From positions 2,108,001 through 2,172,000 of the forward strand of contig CM082577.2 of NCBI GenBank assembly GCA_040954595.2: DNA of 64,000 bases, given 5' to 3'. Within the stretch, counting starts at the first letter, position 1. Each line of letters opens with the position of its first letter. The notes beneath the pieces are model-generated. The model was not told the origin of the DNA and made no database searches. It worked only from the letters and a program-made list of their open reading frames with translations. Source of the DNA: Balanoglossus misakiensis (taxonomy: Eukaryota; Animalia; Hemichordata). The translations under genes and the position numbers were made by a program. Of the stretch, positions 1-14,500 are shown piece by piece.

Positions 1-3000
1 TTTTCTGGCTACAATTGATAGTTTCTATTTCAAAGCCTAACCTTCAATGAAGTGTAACCAATCCACCTGAATGTGGGGACTTATTAAAAAGAATCAAACA
101 ACACCGCGGTCTCATCACATTCAGCGGGGATTTGTTTGCAGGGAGCTCAACTGGAAATAAATATGGTTTGTGATCAACAAGTCTGGCGAACACATTCTGC
201 CATCTGTCTCACGCGGTTTCCATTGTACACGGCGTCACAATCGTTCAACTGTTGTGGGTGCTGTCTGCAAGGATTCACAAAAACCATTGAACGACGCCGC
301 AAACTTATAAAAAATGAGTGATCTTCAGCGAAAAGGAAACCCCCGATGAAAGGGATACTCTTCCGCGAACGTCCGCTCCTCCGACAGTGATTACGCACAG
401 CCCACTCTCGATGAAGTATCTGTACCTGAAGATTTGCAGTTTTGATACCCGTCTCTGGAGAGATATACCGGGGATGTATTCCGGCGTCAGTGCTCTTCCG
501 AGTAGCTTTGCCACTAGAAGATACTTTGTCGAGAGATGAGGTGGTAAGATAAAGTTCACAGTTGGCCGACTTGTTACTGAACCGATCGCGATCCCGCGTT
601 TTCCGCGGCGCTGATTGCAAATCTCTCCGATGAATGTACTCTGTAGGCTGGCGAGTAAACCTCGCAGATTGCACAGATGTGTAATTCATGAACGGAAGGA
701 GATTATGGTTTCGATATGCGAATCTATCATGGAAGATGACCACCCCCGATAAAGCACCGTCCTTGACACCTTTATTAATCACATAGTACCTCCATCATTG
801 CACTGAAAGAAAGCGTTTTGTGACTTACATGGAATTAAGGATTCGCAACACATGGTGCATCTTCGCCACATATTGGGACCCGCGTGTTTCGTAAAATTTT
901 ATGTTTAATCGCTTTTGAAATAAGGTCAAACGATCGCTTCATTGAAGATGGGTCTTCCGCCATGATGATTTGGCCGCACGTCCCAACGACTTGAATTTGA
1001 AAGTGACAATTCGTCACTAAAGTGCCTACAATTTTCGATGGTGCCTAAAACCCATGTAGCTGCTTGCATTGTCTTTTGCAGTTGACTTACCAAGTAGGGA
1101 CCCATAGAGCTTAAAGCGAAGTCTAAGTCAGCTTACTTGGGCAGATGGGAACTGTATCCAGTAGCAACAAGCTTTTAGTCAAGTATAACTAATGCTTATG
1201 ACGATGGTATTCGGTTGACAATCGAAATCCTCCTGAGCTGTACCATGCTGTATTTGTTTAATGCGTTGGTTTGAAATGTAGAAACGCTTAGCGCGCGAAG
1301 TGTGTCCACGGGCATTTTTTTCAAACAGTGGCGACGATGGTACGTACAACTTGGGCTTTAACAAATAATAATGTACTTGTAAGTCAGATTTAAGCCGAGG
1401 GGACGCATCATCATGTTGTTACCATTTCGTCTGCAGCGTAAGCTTTTATTCAAGTACTGACGAGTAACGACTCAACATGTATTTTTTATTTGTTTGTGCC
1501 AGATGGTCTCAAATGCAAGGTTTAGCGAGGAAGGGAGGACGAAGACGCGTACACCAACTGTGACATGGACAGGGTGATATTAGATGACTATAGATGAGGT
1601 AGGTTCTCCACAGAAGGCATAGAGGGCGTATAAGTATGATACCGAAAATGGGTTTTGGTAGAAACGGGAGTGCAGAAGTGCATGGCGAGTGTATTCGTGG
1701 CGTTATGTATGTTCCTGTGACACATATCAATGTCAGTACAGTTATGGCCTGCAAAGCATGATATAGAAAAGGCGCTTGTTTGTACAATTAGCATTGTTAT
1801 AACGTGCTGTATACCATGTATGTTCCCAGGGTCTTCCGTAAAAATAGCATTAGGCCTGTGCCCATACATATAGGTCTTCTTCGTCGCTGCAATTTCCTGT
1901 TATTTAAATACACGGATATCAAATGCCTATAAATATCAATTTTCTGCAGTTCAGCTGTGACTGTTTTGTATCTGAGATGTTTTGTTCTGTAAGTCATAAA
2001 ACTAATCGGTCACATTAATACGATAATGCCATATTTCCTCACGTTTTTCTTCGAATTGGTTTAATATTTAGAGCCCGGGTTGTATACCGAATATATGCGC
2101 ACAGTAAACCAGTTAATTACCATGTTGCTCTAAAAACGTTTATTGGGTTTTGTATTTTTATATGCAAGACTGTTTGCAAGCTAAGGCAAACAAGGGACTG
2201 ACCTATACAGTTGTATATAGAGATTGTGCAGATTTGTGGGGGAAAATGGGAAGGGAAAAACAGCGCAGCATAAAATTACAGGCTTCGCAAATATCCGAGT
2301 TCTACTGACGGACACTACACATGGATACGAATCTGCGTTAGGTAACCAAAAGAACTTTCGCTGGAAATATCAAAATTTAAATTTCCGTTTCGCTGACAAT
2401 CTTTTCTGATGAAGCCCAGCACGCAGCCGAGGTTTTCTACAACCAGCGAACGGAAGCACTTAGACTCGTATCGTCCCTTCATCAAATTTCACTGCATGGT
2501 AGATCGCTTTTTTGTTCTCACGAACATACACCAACCGCTATCCAAACCATCCCATTTTGACGACAAAAACTGAGCCCGTCACAGGCTTCCGCTCGGGAAA
2601 TGCAGACGAACCAGTTCACAGCAGTCATCCAAATGACGTTTTTTTTTTTCAGAGAGAAAAGAAAAAAAGATTGCGATTCTTCCCGCGTAGCATTGTTTCC
2701 GATCGAGGGTCTCTCGAGACACCAGGGACGAGCGATCATTTTAATTAGGGGAAACGAAAGCCAGGCGCCCGTGAGAACCGTGTTTCCTAATCGAATTTCG
2801 TTGTGTCAGCGTCTCGACCAGCATAATTGAAAGAATTTCCCCTCAGCCGAAACAAAACAACATGCGACCCCCCCTCCCCCCAAAAGTAGTGCGTTTGTCT
2901 GTAGATGGTTGTGATGAGTTGTGTATGCAGAGAATGCATTGTGACGCTGTACGCGCCTGATGGTACACCGTATTTGTCGAACAAATTATACATACAATTG

Positions 3001-5760
3001 AATAGTTGACAGTGTGGAACAACAATGCCCGAAAGTACAGCACATTCGCTCAAATCAAACAGACACTTAAATATTTGACAGTATAAAATAATTACGACAC
3101 GAAACCTTTTGGGGAATGTTTGTGCTCGGGCATTCGTGGTATCAGAATTGCAAATGTTGACTGGTTGATCGGTTGGCGGCGTGCACGAACTGAACAAAAT
3201 AACCTTCTTTCGCATTCACCTAAATCACGGACGAAGACCGTACTTTACGTAGATAGAATGTTAAAAGCTACTTACTATTGCGTGGTGATATTTCTAACTG
3301 TAAAATGCCACTCCGTTTCCGCAGGTTCTTGAGAAGGTTGTCTTGCGAATACTTGCTGATCAGCCTTTACTCAGAACCGTTCGTCTTCTATGGCTTACGG
3401 TACACCTTCTATATCGCGACGAACCGCACTGACTGGATGTTCGCAACGCTAACAAGTAACATCGGCTTCGAACAGCGCCTCGTCTGTCTCAGTTGGCCTT
3501 CTGCCTGCAAAGACGCGCCCACCTACATTTTAAAAGAGACGCGACATAATTAACATATTTATAAGGTATCCCTTGGCATGCTAATGAGGCAAATCTGCAT
3601 TTCCTAGCATTATACTACAAGGGCCATTTTAGCTCCCAGGTAAAGCTGCAACATGAAAAGGTCGCTGAACATATGCGCAGTTTTATCTTCTGTTTATCAC
3701 GAATATACCAAATATAGGCATGTCATGATGTCGCGCAACACGCGTGGCGCACGCATGATACATTCCCATAATTCCAAAGCATTTCGAAAAAACTGGTAAA
3801 GTTAAAGTGTATTTCAAACTTAAACACACTTTATCCGTCCTCGTGCCGATCTCATTAAATTATAATTTACCCCCCCCCCCCCCATGTCTGTATCCGATAG
3901 TTTCACGTAGAACGTTGCATTCGAAAGGGGGCGGTGTATGTGTTTTAGGGCAAGAGATTCAAAAGAGGATTCGGCGAGTATTCTCTACAATTCTGAGTAA
4001 TGACTGTATAACGAAGCGTTGCCCATTTCATTCTCAAAAGTAGTGCCTGACAGTTACTACAGGCTAACCATCGAATTGGCGGTAAAAGAACACTCACTTT
4101 TTAAGATTCATTCTATAACGATACTCGCACAACGAGTGTAGTCGTGAGATCAACTGCATGGGTGCTATAACATTACATGAACTTTCTAAAATACGCCTTC
4201 GTCTTTAATAGTTCTTTGTTAGGCGTGCAATCAGCATATGACGCAACAAATAATCACGATGACATTCAGAGGGGAAATTATGCCCAAAAGGAGAAGGAGC
4301 GAGTGGGCTAGTGAAAACAACCAAAAGGATGAAAAACAACAGGTGGACAAAAACTGGCATTTATTTTTATATGTCAGCAATCCAAGTCACAGCAACGGCC
4401 TTTCAGTTAAACACGGTGAAATCTGTGACTGTAAGATAATACTGTTTGCAGGATTTTTCTTGCGTTTTGCCTTCTCCAACTTCATTCATGGAACCTCCCG
4501 GCAATGTCGAGATCTGTAGCGAACGGGAAGAAATGCCCCTGACTGAACTGGTTTTGAGAGAGTGTACCCCTGCTGGGTTTTTCGGAGGAGAGCAAAGATC
4601 CACAGTTTTAGTCACACAAAAATCAGCGTTGAAATACAAGTACGTTCTCGCTGTTGCCTCTAGCGTGTTCGCAGCGCCCCAGCACATATGCTAACTTTTT
4701 CAAATGATTCTATTCCAGGGAATTCAATTTCTCATTCATTTGCAGAATCTGAGTTCGGTAACATAGGCCTAATACACTCAGGGCAAGAAATGGCGCTTTT
4801 AATAAAAGACATAATGCTAAAGATCAAATTACAAAGTTTTGCTATACCCTAGCTATAAGATCTCTTTGTACGCACTTTTTCATATTTGATGTATGAAATC
4901 TAATCTCTCTAGCCAGTTTGACACTGGCATTTATCGAAAAACGGAATGAAGTTTTTTAAACTTACATTTATTGGCTATTGTACGATGGTATCGAAAAGTT
5001 TCGCGCGCTCTGTCGATCGCGACGTGAACTCATAATTATCGTTTGTAGGCATCCAGTAATGCAAAACCTCTTAGTAGAAATGTATAATTCAAGATCTCTG
5101 CGTCGTTGCGGATTATTTGCTTGTATATATGTACTCGACAATCAGCGCGGTTTCCCTGACAACAAATACAATGCAACGAGTCTCGGTTCGCCGAAGAAGT
5201 TGAATAATTGGCCAATCATGTAATAAGTTTAAATGTAATTCAAATTAGTCAGGGAAGACGATAATAAAGATTCTATACCACTTTCAGTGTCAGGACTACA
5301 TACTGTCAACATTCTGAGTGAATGTGTGTAGGAATACCAATCCTGAAGGCATGGGGATTGTTCGCTGGGGTGAAAATGTCCACATCCATCTGAATTTCAA
5401 CAATCGTAATCCAATAAGAAGGAATTGTGCGCCAAAATGAAAATAGACACCCTTAATAACTTCGCCTGCACGACACCAATGGTAATATCTACCCTCGGAT
5501 TTTTCTGTTGGCAAATATTTGTCGCCTAGAAATTGGAGAATTTCGCATTGAGATTTTGCTGTCAACCAACAAAGCACGTGTCTCGTTTGTTTGATGTCCT
5601 CACCCCGCGCGCGTCGATTACCGGATGAATTGCAGTCTCGTGTGGCGGTGGCACACTTCGATCACACGGAGAATGCCCCTTTTCACGCTTTCGCGCCACT
5701 CGTAGTGTTGTGGAAGGGATTCCCGTACATCTGAGCCACTGAGTTTCTTATGCTGCGTCG

Positions 5761-5847
<87 letters not shown>
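5761..5847. repeat. (TCA)n microsatellite, ~29 units
   Basis: Perfect TCA run read directly; explains the poly-Met ORF 5618..5923. Confidence 0.98.
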
Positions 5848-8800
5848 CCGTCGCCATCACCACTACAACTTCAACTATCTCCACCATTAGCACCATCGTT
5901 ATCGACACATCAATCATTATCACCTCTGAAATCCCAAATTCAATATCATATGCTCACGCTTATTGGGCTAACCTTTTAACTGTGGCAATAAATCCCGGAC
6001 TAAATAATTTCCGTTCTTCCCTTTGCGTATTTACTCAATACGGACATTTTACCGAGGAGAATGGATCGTAATCCCAATTTTATAGACGGCTCTGTATCAA
6101 TTACAGTCAAGTGGTTACAACTCAATACTGCCGACCGCACCTGTGACACGATACTTTGCAGACTCGTGACATATGCTGAAAGTGTGCTCTAAATCGACTG
6201 TTCGATTCCAAAACACGTCTCTTTAATTGTACCGGTAGACGAATAAATGTGGCTTCCCCTTTTCTCCCTCTCTCTGAGACACCCTCCACTCCCCCACCCC
6301 TCTTCTTCTGCAGTTCCGGCAGTGTGCAATTGTACCCCGAGGGACAAACCGTTATGCTGATTGTGTGGGTATGGCAACGTTTAATATCAGTTAACCAAAA
6401 TTAATATTGGGAAGAGGGTATGTTATATAATGCCACCATCAGAATAGATTCTAGAAACTTCACGTATCAGGCCTACTACTATATAATATACTAGTATTTC
6501 GCACAAAAGTACATGTAACCATGCTAACAGACACAATATTAGTTTGACCCGCCTGTTTAAGAGTCAGTATCCATGCCAACTGTACTTAAATGTAACAAAT
6601 ATTCTCTTGAAATCTTCCCTCGCGCAACTACATTCCATTTCCCCGAAGCACTTGATTTCACAGCAGCGCCGTTGCCCCCACGAAAGTACTTTCAACTCAG
6701 TCCCTGTCCATAAGCGCCACTCACACATTCGTAGAAGCGACTTATTTCCCGCGCTGAAGAGAGAGAGGGCTTTTCATCTGTTCTGCATCGACACCCGGAG
6801 CCGCGCTCTTTTATTGTGAAAAGCGTTCGCGTCGTCGCCACGGCAACTCCGGAGGCACCTGACCAAAACATCACTTGTTTGCATAAGATGCGGCGCTCAG
6901 GAGACCCGGATGTGCTCGGAAGTTGAGAAAGGCATCGCACTTCTCGTTATAATTGCATATCATTACGCAGTCGAGGATGCCGTAAATTGGCGAGATGAGA
7001 ATAGAGCGTATAACAGATAGTTTGATACGTTTTCTCGCATCACAAAGGCCTGTTTTTTTACATATGATTCGATATCACTCATGTTTAGGAGCATGTCGTT
7101 ACTATGGCGACAAGATGGAGTACTGTAACCAATCGAGTTTATCTGTGACGCCCCCACTGTTAATGAACTGAAGATATCCCAAAATTTTAACTAGAAATCT
7201 CAAACATGCATGGGTCAATTTTTGGAGTATAGGCCCACTTTGGTTGATATTTTGAACTTGGGCCGCACACCCCCGTGTGAGAATAGTGGAAGTAGCCGTG
7301 CCACCCCCGGGTTCTCGTCTAACTCACGATGACAACCGATTCGGTTTGCGTGATGCAAATAGACTGCAACCCCGTACGTTTACATGCAAGAAATAATGAC
7401 GAATTATCCTCACCGCATTTGCCTATAGTAGTAAATGACAATGGTTCCCTCTGCAAGTACCGTTCACGCTTCTGAGGTAATTCGAGCATATTAAACTGGT
7501 GCCCACTTTAATGGCAAATGTTGTTCAAACCGCAATGTGCAAGGATTATATTGAGAGCGCGATCGTGCGTTGACGAATAGGCACCATTTAAGGTAACACT
7601 ATATACCCGGCTCGGTGACATTGAAAACCGGCGATGCTTACGAGGATATTAACAAGCAAAAATCAAATAAAGATCCTATGCCAGCCCAACAAGCGATTAT
7701 CTCTCCTTCACATTGTCGTGTTTACATTTGGCCAGTATGCTAATGACGTCATTCTCCAATTTTGACACATTAAGTTAAATAAACCGATTTACGATCAGAC
7801 CGTAAACACACATTTATAGAAACTCCTCGACTTGCAATCATGGACCGACTAACAATCAACCGACGGGGAGATTTCGCATTTGCTATAACAACAGCGCCGA
7901 TTGTACGGGGGCAATATCCTGCCTCGCATTCCATTTGTAATAAAGGGCAAAAATTGTCGTTGACAAACGAGGGCCCTAGAATCAGCGTGGTGCTTTCTGC
8001 ATTTCGCTCCGGTGCCCGATCCATCGAACAGTTCGCGACCCGTGAAAGCCCTTTCTGCGGAGAAATGGATGTAACCATCACTCTGAGATGAATAGAAAGG
8101 GACGGTGTAATCAGAAGAAGAATTTCCCCCGGGCGGAACGGGGCCCTTTTTTCTGTTTGAAGTCGTGGAAATGCGATGTACTATAGACTCGGAAGACATC
8201 GCCGTGGAAACTGCAGCGCACGCAGGGAGCTCGCCTATTTGTCCCTAACCGTGAATGCGTGACAACAAAAGGCCTTCAGATATTTTGCTACTCCGTTTAT
8301 TGACGAGAGAATTCACACAAAATATCATCAACTTCTGCTTAAAGATTGATGAACTTCCAAGCCCTTCCTTGCAATATGTATTAGTGTGTATCAGCAAAAA
8401 GTGTGTATACATGAATAGGTATAAACAGACCATGAGATACTACATCTCCATTTCATAAACTTAGAACCAATGTATGTCCACCAAGTGGCTGTATGATTTC
8501 TTTGTAGTTACGTTGAGAGCCTTTACTATATACATTGTAATAGGTATGGCCGAACTGATCAATTTTAAAGCTGGTAAAGGCACGTAGCACTATGATTGGA
8601 TAACGAAGTTGAGCCAAGAATTAATGCTCTCTATCATTCATACACGAATGATCACAGACACTAATCGCCAAGTATTGGACATATATACCCATGTTGATAT
8701 AGATCCGGTCACTTTTTTGAACCACCCCGGGAATATGTCGTTCGCAAAGAGATCTTTGAGCGAATCATCTTGTTGTCGGTATAGACCGGTAATTACAGGA

Positions 8801-11378
8801 AGTCATGATATAGCGCCCGTCAAAATAGCAGAAGAGATTACATATCTGAGTGCCGCCGATGAGACCAGCAGACAGCTGAAGGCAAATTTTCAAACTTTAA
8901 ATATTAAATGATTACCAACAGATACGAGATAATAAGTTAATCTTGTAGATACGGCAGACACGGTGCTGCATAGCTAACGTAGACATAAGTAATGGCATGC
9001 TTGCAGGTACAATTTCCGTTGCCCCAATCGTCCAGACTGACCGTCCATTACGTTTTTTCTCCGATTGCTTTTCCCGGTATCTTTGTATTTTCGACCATAA
9101 AACCCACTTACCTCAAAGTGAATGGAAATCGCCGAGAAAATGGCGGATGTTCTGCCTATGAAGGTGTCAGCCAACAACAGCGACATGGAAGACAGCGTAA
9201 AAAAGTAGTTCTTCCGAACAGACAATGACTAGCCCAGTATAGAAACCGGGAATATAGCGGGTCACCTTTCTTTCCAAACATGCATTATCTTGCCAACGCA
9301 CCGGAAAGACACAAAGAAATGACCAGAGGGCGCTTCGAGACGATTTCACGAAATTAAGTTCGAGATCGATGTTAATAAAGATACGTGTCAAATTGACATC
9401 ATCAAATTAATTTCTCAGGGCAATTAGGGATAACATAAAATGGCGAAGGCTGGAAATTAACGAGAGAAGAATGCGGTTAAAAGCGGATATTCATGTCGGC
9501 GTTCTTTTATTTTTGAGACATTAGCTTTTCATCGTTGTCGGCAGGGAATTTCACCGGCAGAACGCCAACAAATGTATACGTGTAGGATTTGGCGAAGCGT
9601 CTGCTTTTCTCACGCGACAACGGAGACACATTAAAGGGTATCCGTCGTCGATACTGCGCATGTGGATTTTCTTGTTTCCAAGGCAGCATCGCGACAAATC
9701 AACTAAAAAATAGTCAGGTTATTAATAAAAACAAACAATTTGTTTCAATTCTCGTTCACCTCCGAATCACCTTTCGCGCCATCTGCACCATTTGAGGAAT
9801 TTGCACCCAAAATCCTATATAGTCACCAAATCCTTGGATTTGCGGACCAAAACCGCCCAATTTCATATATGTGTTAATGTGGCCCAGTTTATCCGCACGT
9901 ATGTTTGTTCTGAATGGTCTAAATTTATGATACCTCGTTACGGTGTAAATAAACAGTGGTAATGGACACCATTACTATTTGTCATGTGCAAGGTTTTCAG
10001 AAAATATAAGTTCATCAGTTTTGCGGTCGACTACAAATGCGATGCGTAATTGAGAAATAGACAACAATATGGTCATCATTTATATGAGCTCTCGCATCTA
10101 TACTTGTTATTTCATATGAAGAGATCCTGTCGCCCGAGTCGTTAATCGAAGTTGCAATACGTTCCACAAAAGGACAACGTCACCAACTTAAAAGCGCATC
10201 GCTTTTGACACACAGGCGGAAAAGCGTAAACGTGCGGAGAGAGAGAAAAAAGAAACCCCTAAAGAGTTCGATTAATTCTGCATATCGTGAACAAAAACTT
10301 CCCGGTGCTTTTATCATCCGATTATAAATCTTCAATGCCAATTAAAGTAATGTACGGCCGCAGACATTTTTTTTGCCGCGCGGTGAACACAGACTGCCAA
10401 GTCTAGTACTACTACACGGCACCGAGTTGGTCTACTTTGGGACCAATTTGACGGGTGCGTGTTACAGGAAACAGTCTGCTGTCTGGCGCATTTTAACCTG
10501 GGAATTGTAAAAAAGGCATCTTGTATATACTTTCGAACACTTAAAAGGGCCCCACGGAAAACCGGTATTAATGGCTGGATACCGGCGTATACAAGGCACG
10601 CACGCAGGCACACAATCATTAAAAAGTCACTAACGTTGAAGTGGAATCTTGATTTTGGAAAATTGATAGTGCAAACTATTCCTTTCCGCGTGTACATTAA
10701 GGAAGTCATTATGCTGGGGGATGGAATTAAAGGTATCGTAGTCAATTAGGAACAGCAACCACTTTGAGTTCCTGGTTATTGCCTAATGGGGACTGTTCGC
10801 TGAAAATCCCCGGTTTGAGCTTCTTGCGAACGAAAGAGAATTTAAATTTCTCGGAATAAAATGGCACAGTTGACCCTGCTAAAAGTGTGTTGTGTAATTC
10901 ACGAATCGCGGGGTTGCCTTACGAGTATACGAGTACTTGAATGCGCATCTCACTGTGACCGTAGTTTTCGTCTCGAATGCTATAATGGAGGAGTCGCGAC
11001 TGCGCACTATGTAATATGGCGTCTCATTCATCGGGGGGGGGGGGGGGGGGACCGCCATTGAGCGGATTGTTCAGTTTCTTTTCCGCGAAGCAAGCGTTTC
11101 ACACGACGATGTCCAAAACTTTAAAATATAATGATACCCAGACAGATAATAGGCTGTCAGAATGATGGGAATGACATGTAACGCAAACACACATCATTTC
11201 TCAGATTAGAGAAGCGCAAATATTTTTCATGAGATCCGTGATCGAAGTAAATGTTTGTTTTGTCGGATGCAAGTGAAAGATACGTTAAAAGGTTCTGTTA
11301 TCACGAGCCGACCGTTAGTTTATTTTGTCTTCCGCATGTAAAAGGTTAAACGGTTATTCTGCTTATCGAAACATGGTG

Positions 11379-11598
11379 AATAGACCATTTTCCGAACTCC
11401 ACGAGACCCTGTGAGATCTCGCGTGGCTAGGCAGTTTATTTTGGAAGGGCGTTCTCACGTGACAAATGATATAAGGCCCATCTTGTAAAATTTACAATTT
11501 CTATCAAATTCTGCCCGTATTATAGTTTCCTACAAAGTAATTGGCCAGCAATCGAGCAAGTCTCGCGATATCTCGCGATGAGTGGAAGATCGTCTATT
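11379..11598. mobile_element. MITE-like element with terminal inverted repeats
   Basis: Left end AATAGACCATTTTCC; right end GGAAGATCGTCTATT (reverse complement AATAGACGATCTTCC). Internal TCTCGCG-type subterminal motifs near both ends. ~220 bp, non-coding. Confidence 0.7.
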
Positions 11599-14500
11599 GT
11601 GGCGCCGGTGCTGCCACTGGTTGGTTCCGCGTGCACGACACCAAACCGAAAGGGGGACAAAGTAAGTTTTGAGGTAAAATAAATTCACGTCATCAAATTG
11701 TGCAGTTCCAAGAGGGCATCACGTGACACCCAGAAGAACGGGCGCAAACAAGTTTCTCACGACTAACAACCGGAACGCCGGCGGAAGACGCGGTTTCCCC
11801 TTCAAAGAATTTCACATTAATTAATGGAACCGACGATGCGTCAGTTTCCGTCGTCGACCCGCGTCCACATCACCCCCGCACTTATAAATATTATCTGGCG
11901 CTTCGCTGGCACGACCCATCTAGATTAATCGAATCGCAAAAAGCCTCGGAATGCACAGGGCACGTGACCCGAAGAATCAATATGCCGCCGAGGGGGAAGA
12001 CACCGTAACCAATTAACTGTATCATTTTCCTGAATGCTAATAACTCTCTTTTATTAGCGTATTTTATTTTGCAAATCTTCATCGTTCACGTTGCCTTTTC
12101 ATCAAGCTTGTGGAGTCTGTCAGACGCCGCTCTCCCGTGGATAAATTTGGAATGGCTTCACCGGCCTTCCTAATAACCTAGGTAAATTATACAAGTGATG
12201 TACCATTAAACGCATCTCATCAATCGGACTCACTATTGACTCTGTTAGGGAAGCAACTGTTCTAAACCTTTTAGTTAAATTAGTTAAATTTGTCTTGCAG
12301 TAAAATGGACGTCACTTTTTGTTCCGTAACTTGCGTGAACGCCTTGGCGGCCGACAAGGCGCTCTCAAAGAACACTGATATGTAGAACAACGTCATAAAA
12401 GTCTAAATATTTGCTGGAGAAGGCATTGTTCGTATACCCAGGCTGTTTGTATGTGTGTTCGCGTACCATAAGCAAAATATACATAGTACAGATGCAATAA
12501 TAACTGTAGCATTTTAAAGAATTTACGAATTCTGTATCGTGTGGTAATCTGACGCGTCTGGTGTGCTTAGAAATATTTGTTGGACTACCACTGGCAAGAG
12601 TCGAGAAAGCATATTGTGAATGCCACGCAAGTCTTTCACTGTTCCTCTAAGCTTAGCCTACAATTTGTTAATTGGGGCACTTGCGGCGGAGCAGATATAG
12701 CGAATGCGCAACGCTGTCTGAATAGGTAATTGACCTGTTTTAGTGTTACATTGAAGGCGCGCTCGATATTGCTCCGGGACCAGTGTTTTAGTATGCGGAG
12801 CCACGGAGCTTGGGCGTTTACAGTGTAAATAATTCTTTGGAGAAGAGGGTTGGGTCTCTTTGTGTAGTTTTCCCCAAATTTTGTGGCTAGTGTTAATTGA
12901 AAAATATGTTTGTTTTTGTGCACACGTTAACTGGATTGCCATTTTAGAGAAAGTATTCTTAAAATCCTGAAAATGAAAAAAAAAATCTTATATAGGCAGT
13001 TTTAGACATTGTGCGTGATTCTGACTACTTGCGAAGTCTAGTGAATGGTTGCTAGGCATTTAATAATGTAAAAGTTCGCTTGTTTGGGGCGGAAATGAAA
13101 CTCGACTGCCAGAAGAATTGCGTCTTCTTTTTCATTTACGCTGACAAAGGCAGCAAGGGGTAATATCTCGGCGTGTATTGAAAAAAAGCAAAACCACCAT
13201 ATGAGAATGATCAAAGAGAACATATTCGCCGGGGTAACCTGAAAAAAAATGTCCGCTAACTTTATTGATTATGGCGCGAATTAAACACCGACTTCCGCTG
13301 TCGGGCTGCATAGCTGCACATGCGCTCCCCTTTCGCGCCTTTTGATTCGTCGACACCGCTTCCGAAACGGCAGATTTCTACAGGGTGTGTGCATTTGGCG
13401 CGGGTTACCGCGAGGATCGTTCAATTTCCTCTCAGTGAAAAACTGGCGGGAAATATGCAGATGAGCGGTTGACACTTTTCATTATTATGCTTTAGGTTTT
13501 GCACATGGTTTCCAATTGGGTCTCAAAGTCGTCCGTGTCTATATACAAACGAATATTTCCGTTCATCTCTGGTGGACAAATGCTTGGCAGTTGCACTCAA
13601 AGCATGTCTGGTGGCATGCATACTTAACGGTTCTTCTGTTTGTCGTCTCGCAGAATACAAAACAGGTTTTTTGAAATAATAATAGCACTACTAGTATGTT
13701 TTGGCGCCGAATGAAAAGAAAACTTTACTTCTTATCAGAACATCGCTTCCGTCAACCTTCGCCAGGTCCTGTTAGAAAGACAGACTATACTATTTCAAAG
13801 AATTCTGAAGATAGTTAGCCTGGAGAAATATCGAACAGTCGGAGAGTTTGTGTCTGGACCACGATGAAAAATTCAAATCAATTGTAATCATGTTCTTCGG
13901 TTTCAGGCCGTTATGAATTCTTAATTTCCCAATCTAACTTTGGTCTGTTTATGATATTTCTTCTTAGTGGATATCTGAGAAGTTATCAGCGACTCTTGAA
14001 AGATTTAGTATATGACCAGTGCACCTCCACTCAGCCGCCTCCCCACTCAGACGTGTCGCCTTGCAGTGTGTTGTGGATGCCAAGAATGAAGACATTTTGA
14101 ATTAAATCAAGGTAGAATGTCTCTAAATATTGCTTTAAAAACAGATTTATGTAGTCTATAACAATTAGCTAAGAACCAATATTTAAAGTTTTTGACATCA
14201 TGTGTTGCCTATCAGACTGCGCTTTCATAACTTTGCTGCTCGTGTATTCAAGGTCGGTTCAACTGGAGATTGTCAGAAATGATGACTTTTCAGTAGAAAT
14301 GGCTCTATACATGTATTTGGTTTTCTTATTTTGGTCGCATGCATGCATGTAAGGAATCGTACTATTCTATAGATGGTGTAAAAAACAGCTCAATTATCTG
14401 CCACGGTGATGCAACCACCAACACATCTGTAACGTCTACGCACACACCATGTGAAAAGAGAAATTGTCCTGACGACCCAAGCAAGGTGCAATTCAAACAG

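Noticed and set aside
174-782. 202-aa minus-strand ORF
   Set aside because: Non-ATG start, no recognisable motif, no supporting splice structure; consistent with a chance ORF.
5618-5923. Poly-Met, poly-Ile and poly-Val ORFs (also 27085, 30413 tail, 30507)
   Set aside because: Artefacts of trinucleotide microsatellites; the one at 30.5 kb is intronic.
7170-7311. Probable transposon end finishing in CCCCCGGG (a similar start-like motif at ~17900)
   Set aside because: Only one terminus is visible and there is no TSD, so it cannot be delimited or classified.
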